Below are positions 39,190 through 48,827 of a DNA stretch of 64,000 bases, in pieces (within the stretch, counting starts at the first letter, position 1; every line of letters begins with the position of its first letter). The position numbers and the translations under genes are program-made. Below the pieces are notes generated by a model, which saw only the letters and a list, made by a program, of their open reading frames with translations, searched no databases and was not told the DNA's origin. Source of the DNA: an uncultured Gemmatimonadales bacterium (lineage in GTDB: Bacteria; Gemmatimonadota; Gemmatimonadetes; Palauibacterales; Palauibacteraceae); NCBI GenBank assembly GCA_963783385.1, contig CAWANJ010000009.1, positions 608,001-672,000 of the forward strand. Direction: 5' to 3'.

Positions 39190-40442
39190 GCGTCGCCCTC
39201 CAGGGCCGCGATGATCCGGTCTGCGTAGCCGGAGGTGGGCAGCACCGTCGCGCCCTCCATCTGGCGGGCGAGGTCGTAGGTCACCGCCCGGGCCTGGAGG
39301 GCCGAGACGATGCCGTCCTCAATGGCCCGAGCGGGCTCGTGCCAGCCCATGTGGTCGAGCATCATCACGCCCGACAGGATGAGAGACGTGGGGTTCACCT
39401 TGTCCTGGCCCGCGTACTTGGGGGCGGTCCCGTGCGTCGCCTCGAAGAGTGCGACCTCGTCTCCGATGTTGGCGCCCGGTGCCATCCCGAGGCCGCCGAC
39501 CTGCGCCGCGCACGCGTCGGACAGGTAGTCGCCGTTCAGGTTCGGAAGGGCGATGTAGTCGTACTCGTCGGGCCGCAGCAGCACCTGCTGGAACATCTGG
39601 TCGGCGATCCGGTCCTTGATCACGACCTTCCCCTCCGGGACCTGACCGTCGTGCTCCTTCCACAACTCGTCCTCGGTGAGGGTGCGGTCGCCGAAGCGCT
39701 CGAGGGCCACCTCGTAACCCCACTTCATGAAGGCGCCCTCCGTGTACTTCATGATGTTGCCCTTGTGGACGAGGGTCACCGAGCGCCGGCCGTCGCGGAT
39801 GGCATCATGAATGGCCATGGCCACCAGCCGCTTGGTGCCGAACTCCGAGATCGGCTTGATGCCGATGCCACTCCCCTCGCGGATCGAGGTCCCCATCTCT
39901 TCGTTCAGGAAGTTCCGGACCTTCTCGACCTCCGGAGTTCCGGCCTCCCACTCGATCCCCGAGTAGACGTCCTCGGTGTTCTCGCGGTAGATGACGACGT
40001 CGAGCTTCTCCGGCTCCCGAACCGGGGACGGTGTGCCGCTCAGCCAGCGGTTGGGCCGGACGCATGCATACAGGTCCAGCTCCTGGCGGATGGTCACGTT
40101 GAGCGAGCGGATGCCGCCGCCGATGGGCGTGGTGAGCGGACCCTTGATGGCGACCAGGAACTCACGGGCGGCCTCGAACGTCTCCTCCGGAAGCCACTCG
40201 CCCGTCACTTCCTTGCCGCGCTCGCCGGCGTACACCTCCATCCAGCGGATGGCACGTTCGCCTTCATAGGCCGCGCGGACGGCGGCGTCGAACACGCGTA
40301 CCGAAGCCGCCCAGATGTCGGGACCGATCCCGTCCCCTTCGATGAAGGGCACGATCGGGTGGTCGGGAACGACCAGTTCTCCATCCGAATATCGAATCGG
40401 CTCGCCGTCCGACGGCGGCCGTGCATGGCGATAGGCCGACAT
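39186..40442 (-). CDS. icd: NADP-dependent isocitrate dehydrogenase
   Basis: [46 protein letters not shown]; ATG 40442 with GGAGG SD. Confidence 0.97.
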   Translation of the reverse strand: MSAYRHARPPSDGEPIRYSDGELVVPDHPIVPFIEGDGIGPDIWAASVRVFDAAVRAAYEGERAIRWMEVYAGERGKEVTGEWLPEETFEAAREFLVAIKGPLTTPIGGGIRSLNVTIRQELDLYACVRPNRWLSGTPSPVREPEKLDVVIYRENTEDVYSGIEWEAGTPEVEKVRNFLNEEMGTSIREGSGIGIKPISEFGTKRLVAMAIHDAIRDGRRSVTLVHKGNIMKYTEGAFMKWGYEVALERFGDRTLTEDELWKEHDGQVPEGKVVIKDRIADQMFQQVLLRPDEYDYIALPNLNGDYLSDACAAQVGGLGMAPGANIGDEVALFEATHGTAPKYAGQDKVNPTSLILSGVMMLDHMGWHEPARAIEDGIVSALQARAVTYDLARQMEGATVLPTSGYADRIIAALEGDA

Positions 40443-40637
40443 GGTTGGTCCGTCCTCCTGCGTGGGTGGCGTCACTCGAGGAATGGGCCGGCACCGGAAT
40501 CCGGCCCGGGCGAAGATATCACGCATTTCGTTCCGTCGGTAGGCGAAAACAGAAAGGCCGCCTGGCGAGAGAATCGCCGGGCGGCCCCGAGCTCCCAACC
40601 GCGGATCCGGGCACGGCGCGACCCGTGCGGGCTCCGC

Positions 40638-41765
40638 TCAGCGCTCGTCGATCGGCACGTACTTCCGGTCCCTGGAGGCCGTGTAATCGGCGCGCGGCCG
40701 GATGATGCGGTTGTCTCCGTGCTGCTCCATGACGTGCGCGGACCAGCCGCCGATCCGGCCCGCCGCGAACAGCGGTGTGTCCAGGTCGAGCGGGATGCCC
40801 AGCGTGTAGTAGACGATGCCGCAGTAGAAGTCGACGTTGCAGTGGATCCCCTTCCGGTCGAGCATCGTCTCTTCGACCTTGCGGGCGATCTCGTGCCACC
40901 TGGGATCGCCGAGCGCTTCGCTGAGCTCCTTCGACATCTGCCGGAGGTGCGTTGCGCGCGGGTCCTCGGTCCGGTACACCCGGTGGCCGAAGCCCATGAT
41001 CTTGCGGTGCTCCGCGAGCGCGTCGTCGACCCAGCCCTCGGCCCGATCCACCTCCCCGATCTCGAGCAGCATGCGCATCGCCTTCTCGTTCGCCCCGCCG
41101 TGCAGCTCGCCCTTGAGCGCGGCGATGCCACCGACCACCGCCGAGTGCAGGTCCGCGAGCGTGGAGGCGATGACGCGACAGGTGAAGGTCGAGGCGTTGA
41201 ACCCGTGCTCGAGGTAGAGAAGCAGGCTGCTGTCGAGCGCCTTCGCCTCGACCTCCTTCGGCTTCTCGCCCCGCAGCATGTACAGGAAGTTGGCCGCGTG
41301 TCCCAGCTCGGGGTCGGGCTCGACGGGCTCCTTCCCGTTGCGGAGACGATCGAAGGCGGCGATGACGGTCGGGATCTTGGCCGTGATCCGCCCGGCCTTG
41401 CGGAGCTCCGCTTCCCGGCTGTTGTCCCCCGCCTCCTCGTCGAAGGCACCCATGGCCGCGACCGAGGCTTCCAGCACCGTCATCGGGTTGGCGTCGGAGG
41501 GCAGGCCCCGGAGGACGTCCAGGACGCCCGGAGCCAGTCTCCGCTGGCCGGCCAGCTCCCGCTCCAGGGCCTCCAGGCCGGCCTGGTCGGGGAGCTCGCC
41601 GTGCCACAGCATGTAGAGGGTCTCCAGGAAGCTGGCGTGCTCCGCCAGATCGTGGATGTCGAAGCCCCGGTAGACCAGGCGTCCTTGCTGACCGTCGATG
41701 AAGCCCAGGGAAGTCTCGGAGACGACGACGCCCTCGAGGCCCTTGGCCATGATCTGTTCCGCCAT
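40638..41765 (-). CDS. Citrate synthase (type I / 2-methylcitrate synthase family)
   Basis: GLEGV, EHGFNAST, LHGGAN, GFGHRVY, NVDFY; ATG 41765. Confidence 0.94.
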   Translation of the reverse strand: MAEQIMAKGLEGVVVSETSLGFIDGQQGRLVYRGFDIHDLAEHASFLETLYMLWHGELPDQAGLEALERELAGQRRLAPGVLDVLRGLPSDANPMTVLEASVAAMGAFDEEAGDNSREAELRKAGRITAKIPTVIAAFDRLRNGKEPVEPDPELGHAANFLYMLRGEKPKEVEAKALDSSLLLYLEHGFNASTFTCRVIASTLADLHSAVVGGIAALKGELHGGANEKAMRMLLEIGEVDRAEGWVDDALAEHRKIMGFGHRVYRTEDPRATHLRQMSKELSEALGDPRWHEIARKVEETMLDRKGIHCNVDFYCGIVYYTLGIPLDLDTPLFAAGRIGGWSAHVMEQHGDNRIIRPRADYTASRDRKYVPIDER

Positions 41766-42032
41766 GGTGCGAATGTGCCTTTCCTTGAGTCGGTTACCGT
41801 GCCCGCCATGTCGCTGGCCGAGCGCGCCGGACCCGGTACCCGCCGGCCCTGCATGACGGCCGGCGTGGCCGAAGCCGGACGACCCCACGGTCGTGCAAGA
41901 ACCGTGTCACGACGGTGCGATCGTCGCGCCCAGGGCGGGCCGGATGTGGAAGGACCATGATACGACGAGAGCGCGGGGTCGGGCGAGCCCGACCCCGCGC
42001 TCCATGCTGCGATCGCCGTTCCGAAGCCGCGG

Positions 42033-42287
42033 CTAGTGGGGCGCCGGCTCCGGGGTCGCGTCGAGGAACTCCTCGCGAAGGGCCTCCGGGTCGAGGCCAT
42101 CGAAGGCTCCGACCGGCATGAAAGCTCTACGTTGTGGCTGATGTGGATCGGAAAAGCACACGAAGATCACCGAGTCGTACTCGGTCTTTTCCGGCGGCTG
42201 GACGTCGGGGTCGGGCCAGTACACGTCGCGCGATGCCCGCCACGCCTTCCAGCGCCGTCCGTCCTCGTCAAAGAAGTGCTTCGTCAT
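42033..42287 (-). CDS. Small hypothetical protein (84 aa)
   Basis: GAGGGGGAG SD before ATG 42287; FFDEDGRRWKAW..IFVC..QRR..; own promoter. Confidence 0.75.
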   Translation of the reverse strand: MTKHFFDEDGRRWKAWRASRDVYWPDPDVQPPEKTEYDSVIFVCFSDPHQPQRRAFMPVGAFDGLDPEALREEFLDATPEPAPH

Positions 42288-42379
42288 TCTCCCCCTCGCC
42301 TCCCGGTTCATCTCACGGCGCGGCCCGCGGGCTCGACCCGGGTGACCGGGTCCGGATCCACGGGCCGTGACGATCCCCT

Positions 42380-42408
42380 AAACTAACGAGATGAGCCCCG
42401 TCTGTCCA
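42380..42408 (-). promoter_or_regulatory. Sigma70-type promoter for the 84-aa gene
   Basis: TGGACA-17 nt-TAGTTT. Confidence 0.55.
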
Positions 42409-42480
42409 CCGTGTACCATATCTCGCAAGGTACGTGATATGAGACGAGTCAAGATATGTATATGCAATATGTTACGTGAC

Positions 42481-42612
42481 TCATGACGCAAGGGGGTGCG
42501 TCAGCGCGCGTCCTTCTCCTCGCGGATTCCGGGCAGCCAGAATGAAGGCGAGCCCGGCTCCCAGGCCGGCCACCAGGACCGCCAGCATGATCGTGAACAG
42601 GATGTAGTACAC
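42481..42612 (-). CDS. Small single-pass membrane protein (43 aa as read; 36 aa ending at 42501 if the GAATG is an error)
   Basis: GAGGAGAGGGAAC SD then GTG; MYYILFTIMLAVLVAGLGAGLAFI; promoter TGGACA-17-CATTCT at 42724-42752. Confidence 0.65.
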   Translation of the reverse strand: MYYILFTIMLAVLVAGLGAGLAFILAARNPRGEGRALTHPLAS

Positions 42613-42782
42613 GTTCCCTCTCCTCGCGGGGCGCCGCACGTCACCGTCCGCGCATCCACCGCCCCGTGGACGCGACGGTGCGACCGGAAGTCGCGGGCGT
42701 CCCCCCGGCCGTTGCTCGACCGGAGAATGGGCCTCGCGCGTCTCCGTGTCCAGCCCGGATCATCGCGCCGGGCCGCTCCACC

Positions 42783-42812
42783 TTGCGGAGCCCCACGGCC
42801 GGCGTCTAAGCT
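42783..42812 (+). promoter_or_regulatory. Sigma70-type promoter for rocD
   Basis: TTGCGG-18 nt-TAAGCT. Confidence 0.5.
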
Positions 42813-42914
42813 GCCCGGCGACGGCCCGCGCCCGCCCCCGGAGCGCCCCGACGGGGCAAGGGAGGCGGTCGGACGGGATGAAGCGAGGGACTTCGGGAGC
42901 CAGGAGTGACCGGT

Positions 42915-44156
42915 ATGAGCTCTACCACCGCCGTGGGGCAGGAGACGCAAGCGGCCATCCTCGAGGCCGAGCGCTGGAGCGCCCACAACTACGAGCCGCT
43001 GCCGGTGGTCCTGTCGAAGGGCGAGGGCTGCTTCGTGTGGGACGTGGACGGCAAGCGCTACCTCGACATGCTGAGCGCCTACTCCGCGCTCAACCAGGGG
43101 CACCGCCATCCCGCCATCCTGGAAGCGCTGCACGAGCAGGCCGGCCGCATCACCCTGACCTCGCGGGCCTTCCACAACGACCGCATGGGCCCCTTCCTCC
43201 ACGCGCTGTGCGAGGCCACCGGCTTCGAGAAGGCACTGCCCATGAACACGGGGGCCGAGGCCGTGGAGACGGCGCTCAAGGCCGCCCGGAAGTGGGGCTA
43301 CACAGTGAAGGGAGTCCCCGAGGGCCGGGCCGAGATTATCGCGTGCGAGAACAACTTCCACGGACGCACCACGACGATCGTGGGCTTCTCGACCGAGGCC
43401 CAGTACCGGCACGGCTTCGGACCGTTCACGCCCGGCTTCAAGATCATCGAGTACGGCAATGCCACCGCCCTCGAGGACGCGATCACCGAGAACACGGTCG
43501 GGTTCCTCGTGGAGCCGATCCAGGGCGAGGGCGGTGTCATCGTGCCGCCCGAAGGCTACCTGGCCCGCTGCGCCGAGATCTGCGCCGAGCACGACCTCCT
43601 CCTCATCAACGACGAGATCCAGACGGGCCTCGGGCGCACCGGACAGCTGTTCTGTGGTGACTGGGACGGGACGCGGGGTGACATCCTCATCGTCGGGAAG
43701 GCTCTGGGCGGCGGAGTCTACCCGGTCTCGGGCATCCTGGCCGACGACGCGGTGATGGACGTATTCACGCCCGGCGACCACGGCTCCACCTTCGGCGGCA
43801 ACCCGCTGGGTGCGGCCGTGGGGAGCGCTTCGCTGCGGGTCATCCTGGACGAGCGCCTCTCCGATCGGGCCCGGGAGCTGGGCGACTGGTTCATGGAGCG
43901 GCTGCGGGCGATCGATTCCCCGCACGTCGAGGAGGTCCGGGGGCGCGGGCTCATGGTGGGCGTCGTGATCAAGGAGACCTCGGCTACGGCCAGGCCCTTC
44001 TGCGAGGCCCTCATGGAGCGGGGCATCCTGGCCAAGGAAACCCACCACCAGGTGATCCGCTTCGCGCCCCCGCTCGTGGTCACCCGCGAGATCCTCGAGG
44101 AGGCGCTCGAGTCGATCGAGCCGGTGGTACGCGGCGAAGGAGTGGAGCTGCCCTAG
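42915..44156 (+). CDS. rocD: Ornithine aminotransferase
   Basis: AHNYEPLP, SAYSALNQGHRHP, LTSRAF, MNTGAEAVETA, DEIQTGLGRTG, GKALGGG, HGSTFGGNP. Confidence 0.95.
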   Translation: MSSTTAVGQETQAAILEAERWSAHNYEPLPVVLSKGEGCFVWDVDGKRYLDMLSAYSALNQGHRHPAILEALHEQAGRITLTSRAFHNDRMGPFLHALCEATGFEKALPMNTGAEAVETALKAARKWGYTVKGVPEGRAEIIACENNFHGRTTTIVGFSTEAQYRHGFGPFTPGFKIIEYGNATALEDAITENTVGFLVEPIQGEGGVIVPPEGYLARCAEICAEHDLLLINDEIQTGLGRTGQLFCGDWDGTRGDILIVGKALGGGVYPVSGILADDAVMDVFTPGDHGSTFGGNPLGAAVGSASLRVILDERLSDRARELGDWFMERLRAIDSPHVEEVRGRGLMVGVVIKETSATARPFCEALMERGILAKETHHQVIRFAPPLVVTREILEEALESIEPVVRGEGVELP

Positions 44157-44917
44157 CTCGACGCGGTCGGCGGGGGCGGCTCCGGAGCCGCCCCCGCTTT
44201 GATCCGCCGCAGGGCTCTCTGCTGGGCCCGCAGCACCTCCATCACCCGGTCCACGAGTTCCTGCGCGGTCTCCTTGGATCGCGGACGATTCTCGAAGTCC
44301 GAACAGTCGATCGGGTCCCCGAAATACACGTACACCCGCTGGCCCACCCGCGGCACGACGCTGCCGATCGGGAGCACACGGTCCATCCCGTCGATGGTCA
44401 CCGGGACGACCGAGGCGCCCGTGCCGAGCGCCAGGAGCCCGGCACCCGGCCGGCCCGGCCCGATGCTCCCGTCCCGGCTGCGCGTCCCCTCGGGAAACAG
44501 GATCATCACGCCCTCCCGCAGCGCCCGGAGCATCCGGTAGAGCGCCCTGTAGTCCCGTCGGCCCTCCCGGATCGGAATCGCCTTCCACAGGTCTGAAAAC
44601 AGGGCCAGGAGCGGGTTCTTGAAGAAGTTCTCGCGGGCTGCCGGGTTCCACGGAATGAGCCAGGGGCGCCACCACGACTGCGGATAGAACGCCGAGATGC
44701 CGATGAGCCAGCTGTCGATCATCGACTGGTGGTTGGAGACCAGCAGGGTGTTTCGACCCTGGGGCAGCCGGTCGCGTCCGATGACGGTGGTGCGATTCAG
44801 GACGAAGAACAGGAAGGCGCCCACGGCGGCCGTGGCGTTCGTGAACAGGTAGCTGGCCGTCGGCCACACGAGGTGGAAAAGACGACCGCGGTGCTCGGCC
44901 TCGTAGGCTTCGCCCAT
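44153..44917 (-). CDS. PlsC-family lysophospholipid acyltransferase
   Basis: NHQSMID (HX4D), FPEGTRS; ATG 44917. Confidence 0.9.
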   Translation of the reverse strand: MGEAYEAEHRGRLFHLVWPTASYLFTNATAAVGAFLFFVLNRTTVIGRDRLPQGRNTLLVSNHQSMIDSWLIGISAFYPQSWWRPWLIPWNPAARENFFKNPLLALFSDLWKAIPIREGRRDYRALYRMLRALREGVMILFPEGTRSRDGSIGPGRPGAGLLALGTGASVVPVTIDGMDRVLPIGSVVPRVGQRVYVYFGDPIDCSDFENRPRSKETAQELVDRVMEVLRAQQRALRRIKAGAAPEPPPPTASS

Positions 44918-44966
44918 CCTGGTCCCCCTCCCCCCGGGCTTCCGGAGTCCGTGCGATGCGATCGGA

Positions 44967-46664
44967 CTACATCCGCTGGTAGCCGGGCCCGCTTCCTCCC
45001 TCGCGGGGCGTCCAGCGGGGGCCCAGCACATCGGTGGCCTTGCAGTCCACACAGTTCGGCGCGTTCACCACGAGCCGATCCCCGTCGCGGTCGTAGACGC
45101 CGGCCGGGCACATGTGAGCGTAGAAGTCGGCCACCGGGCCCGTAACGTCCTCTCCCACGACCAGGTGACTGGGGATGTCGTCCCGGGTCGTGTTGCCGGA
45201 GCGGTAGACCGCATCTTCCTTGGAGAAGGTCCGGTCTCCGTCGGCGGCGAACTCCGCCTCTCGGCCTGGCGAGCGGGGCTCGAGGGCATCCTCCTCCGCG
45301 GGGATGCGGCCTCCGGGGAACGCCCCGCCGGTCAGCGTCATCACCGCGGCCTTGAGGCCGCCCCGGTAGAGCCCGCCCTCCTTGAAAGCCAGCCGCATGT
45401 TGCGCGTGCGATAGAGGTCGCGCGCGATGAAGCTGTCCCGGACGGCCTCGTCGTACGGGCGCAGGGCACCCTCCGACACGTCGTCCTCCTGGAGCGCCCG
45501 GAACACCGCCCGGGCCGCGAGCATGCCCGAGTGGACCGCGTAGTGGATGCCCTTGAGGGAAGCGACGTCCACGAAACCCGCGGCGTCCCCCACCACCACC
45601 AGGCCGTCGCCGTGCAGGCGCTCGGGCAAGGCGTAGAAGCCGCCCTCCGGGATCGTCTTCGCGCCCCACTCCTCGATCTCACCACCCTCGAGGATGGAGG
45701 CCACCAGGGGATGCGTCTTGAACCGCTGTAGGAGGACGTGCGCGTCCAGTCCGGCGCTGGGATAGTCGAGTCCCACGACGAGCCCGACGGCCACCAGGTC
45801 CTCGCCCATGGGGTAGACGAAGCTCCCCCCGAACGCGTCCGGGGGGAGCGGCCAGCCCAGGGTGTGGATGACCGCGTCGAGCGTGGTCTCGACCCGCCAG
45901 AGCTCCTTGACGCCCAGGGCGTAGATCTGCGCGTTGGAGGACTCGATGCCCTGCCACTCCAGCCACGCCGAGGTCAGGGAGCCGCGGGTACCCTCCGACA
46001 GCACGGTCACGCGCGCCGCCACGTCGGTCGACGGCATGTAGCCGCTTCCGGGCTCGCCCTCGCGGGTCAGACCGCCCGGCGTCGTCCTCGCCCCGACCAC
46101 GGCGCCGTCCTGTACCAGGAGGGAGTCCGCCGGGAAGCCCGTGAAGAGGTTGACGCCCAGCTCCTCGGCGCGCTCTCCCATCCAGCGCACGATCTCGCAG
46201 ATCGAGGCCACGTAGTTGCCGCTGTTGTGCATGGTGGGAGGCGTCGGAAGCCGCACGCGGCCGCTCTCGCCCAGGAAGTAGACCCGGTCCGGCGGCGCCG
46301 GACCACGGAAAGGCAGGTCCTCGAGGGCCACGTCCGGGAACAGCTCGCGGAAGGGCCCCGGGTGCACGACGGCACCCGACAGGCAATGCTCGCCCAGCGT
46401 GGAGGCCTTCTCGAGCACACCGATCTCGAGGTCACCGAGCGGACCGCCTTCCTCGCGCGAAGCCCTCGCGAGCCGGGCCAGCTCGATCGCGCCCGCCAGC
46501 CCGGCCGGCCCTCCGCCCACGAACAGGACATCGAGCGGCACGGCCTCCTCGCCCGGCTCCTCGTCGCGCAGCAGTCGATCCCGCGGCAGGGGTGGCTGGA
46601 AGTCGGCCGGGACGAACTCCCCGCCCGGTCCCCCGGATCGCCCTGTGTCGCCGGCTCGGCTCAT
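44967..46664 (-). CDS. Electron-transfer flavoprotein-quinone oxidoreductase
   Basis: VGGGPAGL, HCLSGA, GVKELW, AKTIPEGG, GDAAG, KGIH, CPAGVY, REGGSGP; ATG 46664. Confidence 0.93.
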   Translation of the reverse strand: MSRAGDTGRSGGPGGEFVPADFQPPLPRDRLLRDEEPGEEAVPLDVLFVGGGPAGLAGAIELARLARASREEGGPLGDLEIGVLEKASTLGEHCLSGAVVHPGPFRELFPDVALEDLPFRGPAPPDRVYFLGESGRVRLPTPPTMHNSGNYVASICEIVRWMGERAEELGVNLFTGFPADSLLVQDGAVVGARTTPGGLTREGEPGSGYMPSTDVAARVTVLSEGTRGSLTSAWLEWQGIESSNAQIYALGVKELWRVETTLDAVIHTLGWPLPPDAFGGSFVYPMGEDLVAVGLVVGLDYPSAGLDAHVLLQRFKTHPLVASILEGGEIEEWGAKTIPEGGFYALPERLHGDGLVVVGDAAGFVDVASLKGIHYAVHSGMLAARAVFRALQEDDVSEGALRPYDEAVRDSFIARDLYRTRNMRLAFKEGGLYRGGLKAAVMTLTGGAFPGGRIPAEEDALEPRSPGREAEFAADGDRTFSKEDAVYRSGNTTRDDIPSHLVVGEDVTGPVADFYAHMCPAGVYDRDGDRLVVNAPNCVDCKATDVLGPRWTPREGGSGPGYQRM

Positions 46665-46733
46665 CGCTGCTCGGTCCTCCATTGGCAGGTACGTCGGCCG
46701 CGACTCGCACCGCGGCCCGTTCGGTCGGCGTGC

Positions 46734-46762
46734 ACGATATCCCGGCTTCGCGGCCTCGTCCA
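46734..46762 (-). promoter_or_regulatory. Sigma70-type promoter for ETF-QO
   Basis: TGGACG-17 nt-TATCGT. Confidence 0.5.
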
Positions 46763-46813
46763 GCCGAAACGGCGATTGCCCGCGTCCTGACCCTGACCCA
46801 TCCTCATCCGGAG

Positions 46814-47578
46814 ATGCGTCGCCTCGGCTCCCTCCTCGTCTCCGCGCTCGTGTGGATCCTGTGGGCGCTGCTCGTCGTGGCCTGGACTCCCGCGGTCACG
46901 GTCGTATGGGCCTGCACGGCGCCGTGGGATCGTCGGCGGCTGGCCGCCGGCCGGTTGTTTCGGCTGTGCGCCCGCGCGGCGATCCAGGTCAACCCGTTCT
47001 GGAGCGTGCGCTTCGAGGGTCGGCTCCCCCGCGACCGGTCCGTGCCCTACGTGGTGGTGTGCAACCACGAGTCGATGGCGGACGTGGTCCTGGTCGGGTG
47101 CCTCCCCTGGGAGATGAAGTGGCTCTCCAAGCGCGCGATCCTGCACATCCCTTTCCTCGGACTGATGATGCACATGGTCGGGGACGTGGCCGTGCAACGC
47201 CGGGACGCCGACAGCCGCAGGCGCGCCTACGACCGACTCCGGGCGTGGCTGCGGAGGGGCGTCCCGGTGATCATCTTCCCGGAGGGCACGCGCGCACGCA
47301 CCCCGGAGCTCCTGCCCTTCCACGGAGGCGCCTTCCGTCTGGCGCTGGAAACCGGCTCGCCCGTCCTTCCGCTGGCGTTGAGCGGCACACGGCAGGCGCT
47401 GTCGAAGGGGTCGCTGCTGTTCGGCAGGGCCCGAGCCGTGATCTGGATCCTCGAGCCGGTGCCCGTCGAGGGCGACCCCGAGAACGCCGCAGACGTAGCG
47501 CGGCTCGCCGCCCACGTCCGTGACCTCATCGACGAGGCTCGCCGTCGCCCGGCGGCCACGGACGCGGAGCGCCCCTGA
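46814..47578 (+). CDS. PlsC-family lysophospholipid acyltransferase
   Basis: NHESMAD, FPEGTR, N-terminal TM; ATG 46814. Confidence 0.9.
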   Translation: MRRLGSLLVSALVWILWALLVVAWTPAVTVVWACTAPWDRRRLAAGRLFRLCARAAIQVNPFWSVRFEGRLPRDRSVPYVVVCNHESMADVVLVGCLPWEMKWLSKRAILHIPFLGLMMHMVGDVAVQRRDADSRRRAYDRLRAWLRRGVPVIIFPEGTRARTPELLPFHGGAFRLALETGSPVLPLALSGTRQALSKGSLLFGRARAVIWILEPVPVEGDPENAADVARLAAHVRDLIDEARRRPAATDAERP

Positions 47579-48827
47579 GCCGGCCGGCTCCGTCGGACCC
47601 GGTCGCCCCGTCACGGCGCAGGAGCCCGTGGCCGCGCAGGATGTCGAGCACCCGCTCCACCGGGAGCGCCTTCGTGGTTCGCCCGCGGTAGCCGGTGACG
47701 GTCGTGGCCCGGAACAGGGAGTTCAGGGCCGCCTCCTCCGTGGCCTCCACGACGGCCTCGAACAGGGCCGAGAGGTCCCGCCCGTCCTCTACGGGCGGCG
47801 TCGAGTCCCGGCGCGTGGAGAAGGCGATCGCGTAGTCGCCCGAGCCGTTCGACATCCACGAGCCGGTCCGTCCGATGCCGAGGAACGTCCGGCGCGCGAG
47901 CCGCGTCAGTCCGAGGTGCCTGAGCGGAGCGTCCGTGGCGACCACGATCATCACGGACCCTCCCCCGTCGGCATCGCGGTCCGGAGCGTCGGCCCCGGAC
48001 GCTCCCGCCCCCGCATCGGCCCCCGCCCGTGCCCCGGCCGTGGAGGGTCGGGCGGAGGCCTCGTCGGGGCTCGAGCCGAGGTCGCGCCACACCGGGTAGC
48101 CGGCGATCCGCAGCCGTCCCCCGTAGTTGGTCTGCACGAGGACGCCCACCGTGTAGCCGCCGCGCGCGACCGGGACGAGCCGGGACGCGGTCCCGATGCC
48201 CCCCTTCCAGCCCAGGGCGCGCGTGCCCGTCCCGGCGCCCACGCTCCCCTCCTCCACCGGCCCCCCGTGCGCCCGGCGCAGCGCCTCACGCACCTCCTCG
48301 GGCGTGACGGGCCGGGCGCGGATGTCGCTCAGCCAGCCGTCGTTGGTCTCCCCCACCACCGGGTTGATCGACACCACCTCCCGGTTCTCCGGGATCTCCA
48401 GCATCGTGTCGACCAGCGCGTCCGCCGCGCGCCACACGCTGAGCGTGCCCGTGAGCAGGATCGGGGTCTCGATCCAGCCCAGCTCGTTGACCTGGGAGAG
48501 GCCGATGAGCTTGCCGAAGCCGTTCCCGACCACCATGGCGCCGTGCACCTTGTCTCGGAACAGGTTGCCAGCGTGGGGAAGGATGGCGGTCACCCCGGTG
48601 CGCAGCGAGTCCCCGCTCCGCACCGTCACCTGTCCGACCCGGACGCCCGGCACGTCGGTGATGGCGTCCAGGGGGCCCGGCGGAAGGGCGCCGATCACGA
48701 TGCCCGCCTGGCAAACGCGGGGACGGTCGGCGCCGTCGGACCCCGGCTGCTGGGCGCGAACCACCGTCGCCAGGAGCGGGAGCGCCACGAGCGTCGAGGC
48801 CACGCAACCGACCACCCGAGCCATCAT
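47526..48827 (-). CDS. Exported DmpA-like (peptidase family P1/S58) aminopeptidase
   Basis: Signal peptide, DAITDVPGVRVG, NGFGK, GETNDG, GAGTG, KGGIG, GSVMIVVATDAP autocleavage site, SGD. Confidence 0.92.
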   Translation of the reverse strand: MMARVVGCVASTLVALPLLATVVRAQQPGSDGADRPRVCQAGIVIGALPPGPLDAITDVPGVRVGQVTVRSGDSLRTGVTAILPHAGNLFRDKVHGAMVVGNGFGKLIGLSQVNELGWIETPILLTGTLSVWRAADALVDTMLEIPENREVVSINPVVGETNDGWLSDIRARPVTPEEVREALRRAHGGPVEEGSVGAGTGTRALGWKGGIGTASRLVPVARGGYTVGVLVQTNYGGRLRIAGYPVWRDLGSSPDEASARPSTAGARAGADAGAGASGADAPDRDADGGGSVMIVVATDAPLRHLGLTRLARRTFLGIGRTGSWMSNGSGDYAIAFSTRRDSTPPVEDGRDLSALFEAVVEATEEAALNSLFRATTVTGYRGRTTKALPVERVLDILRGHGLLRRDGATGSDGAGRLRGAPRPWPPGDGEPRR

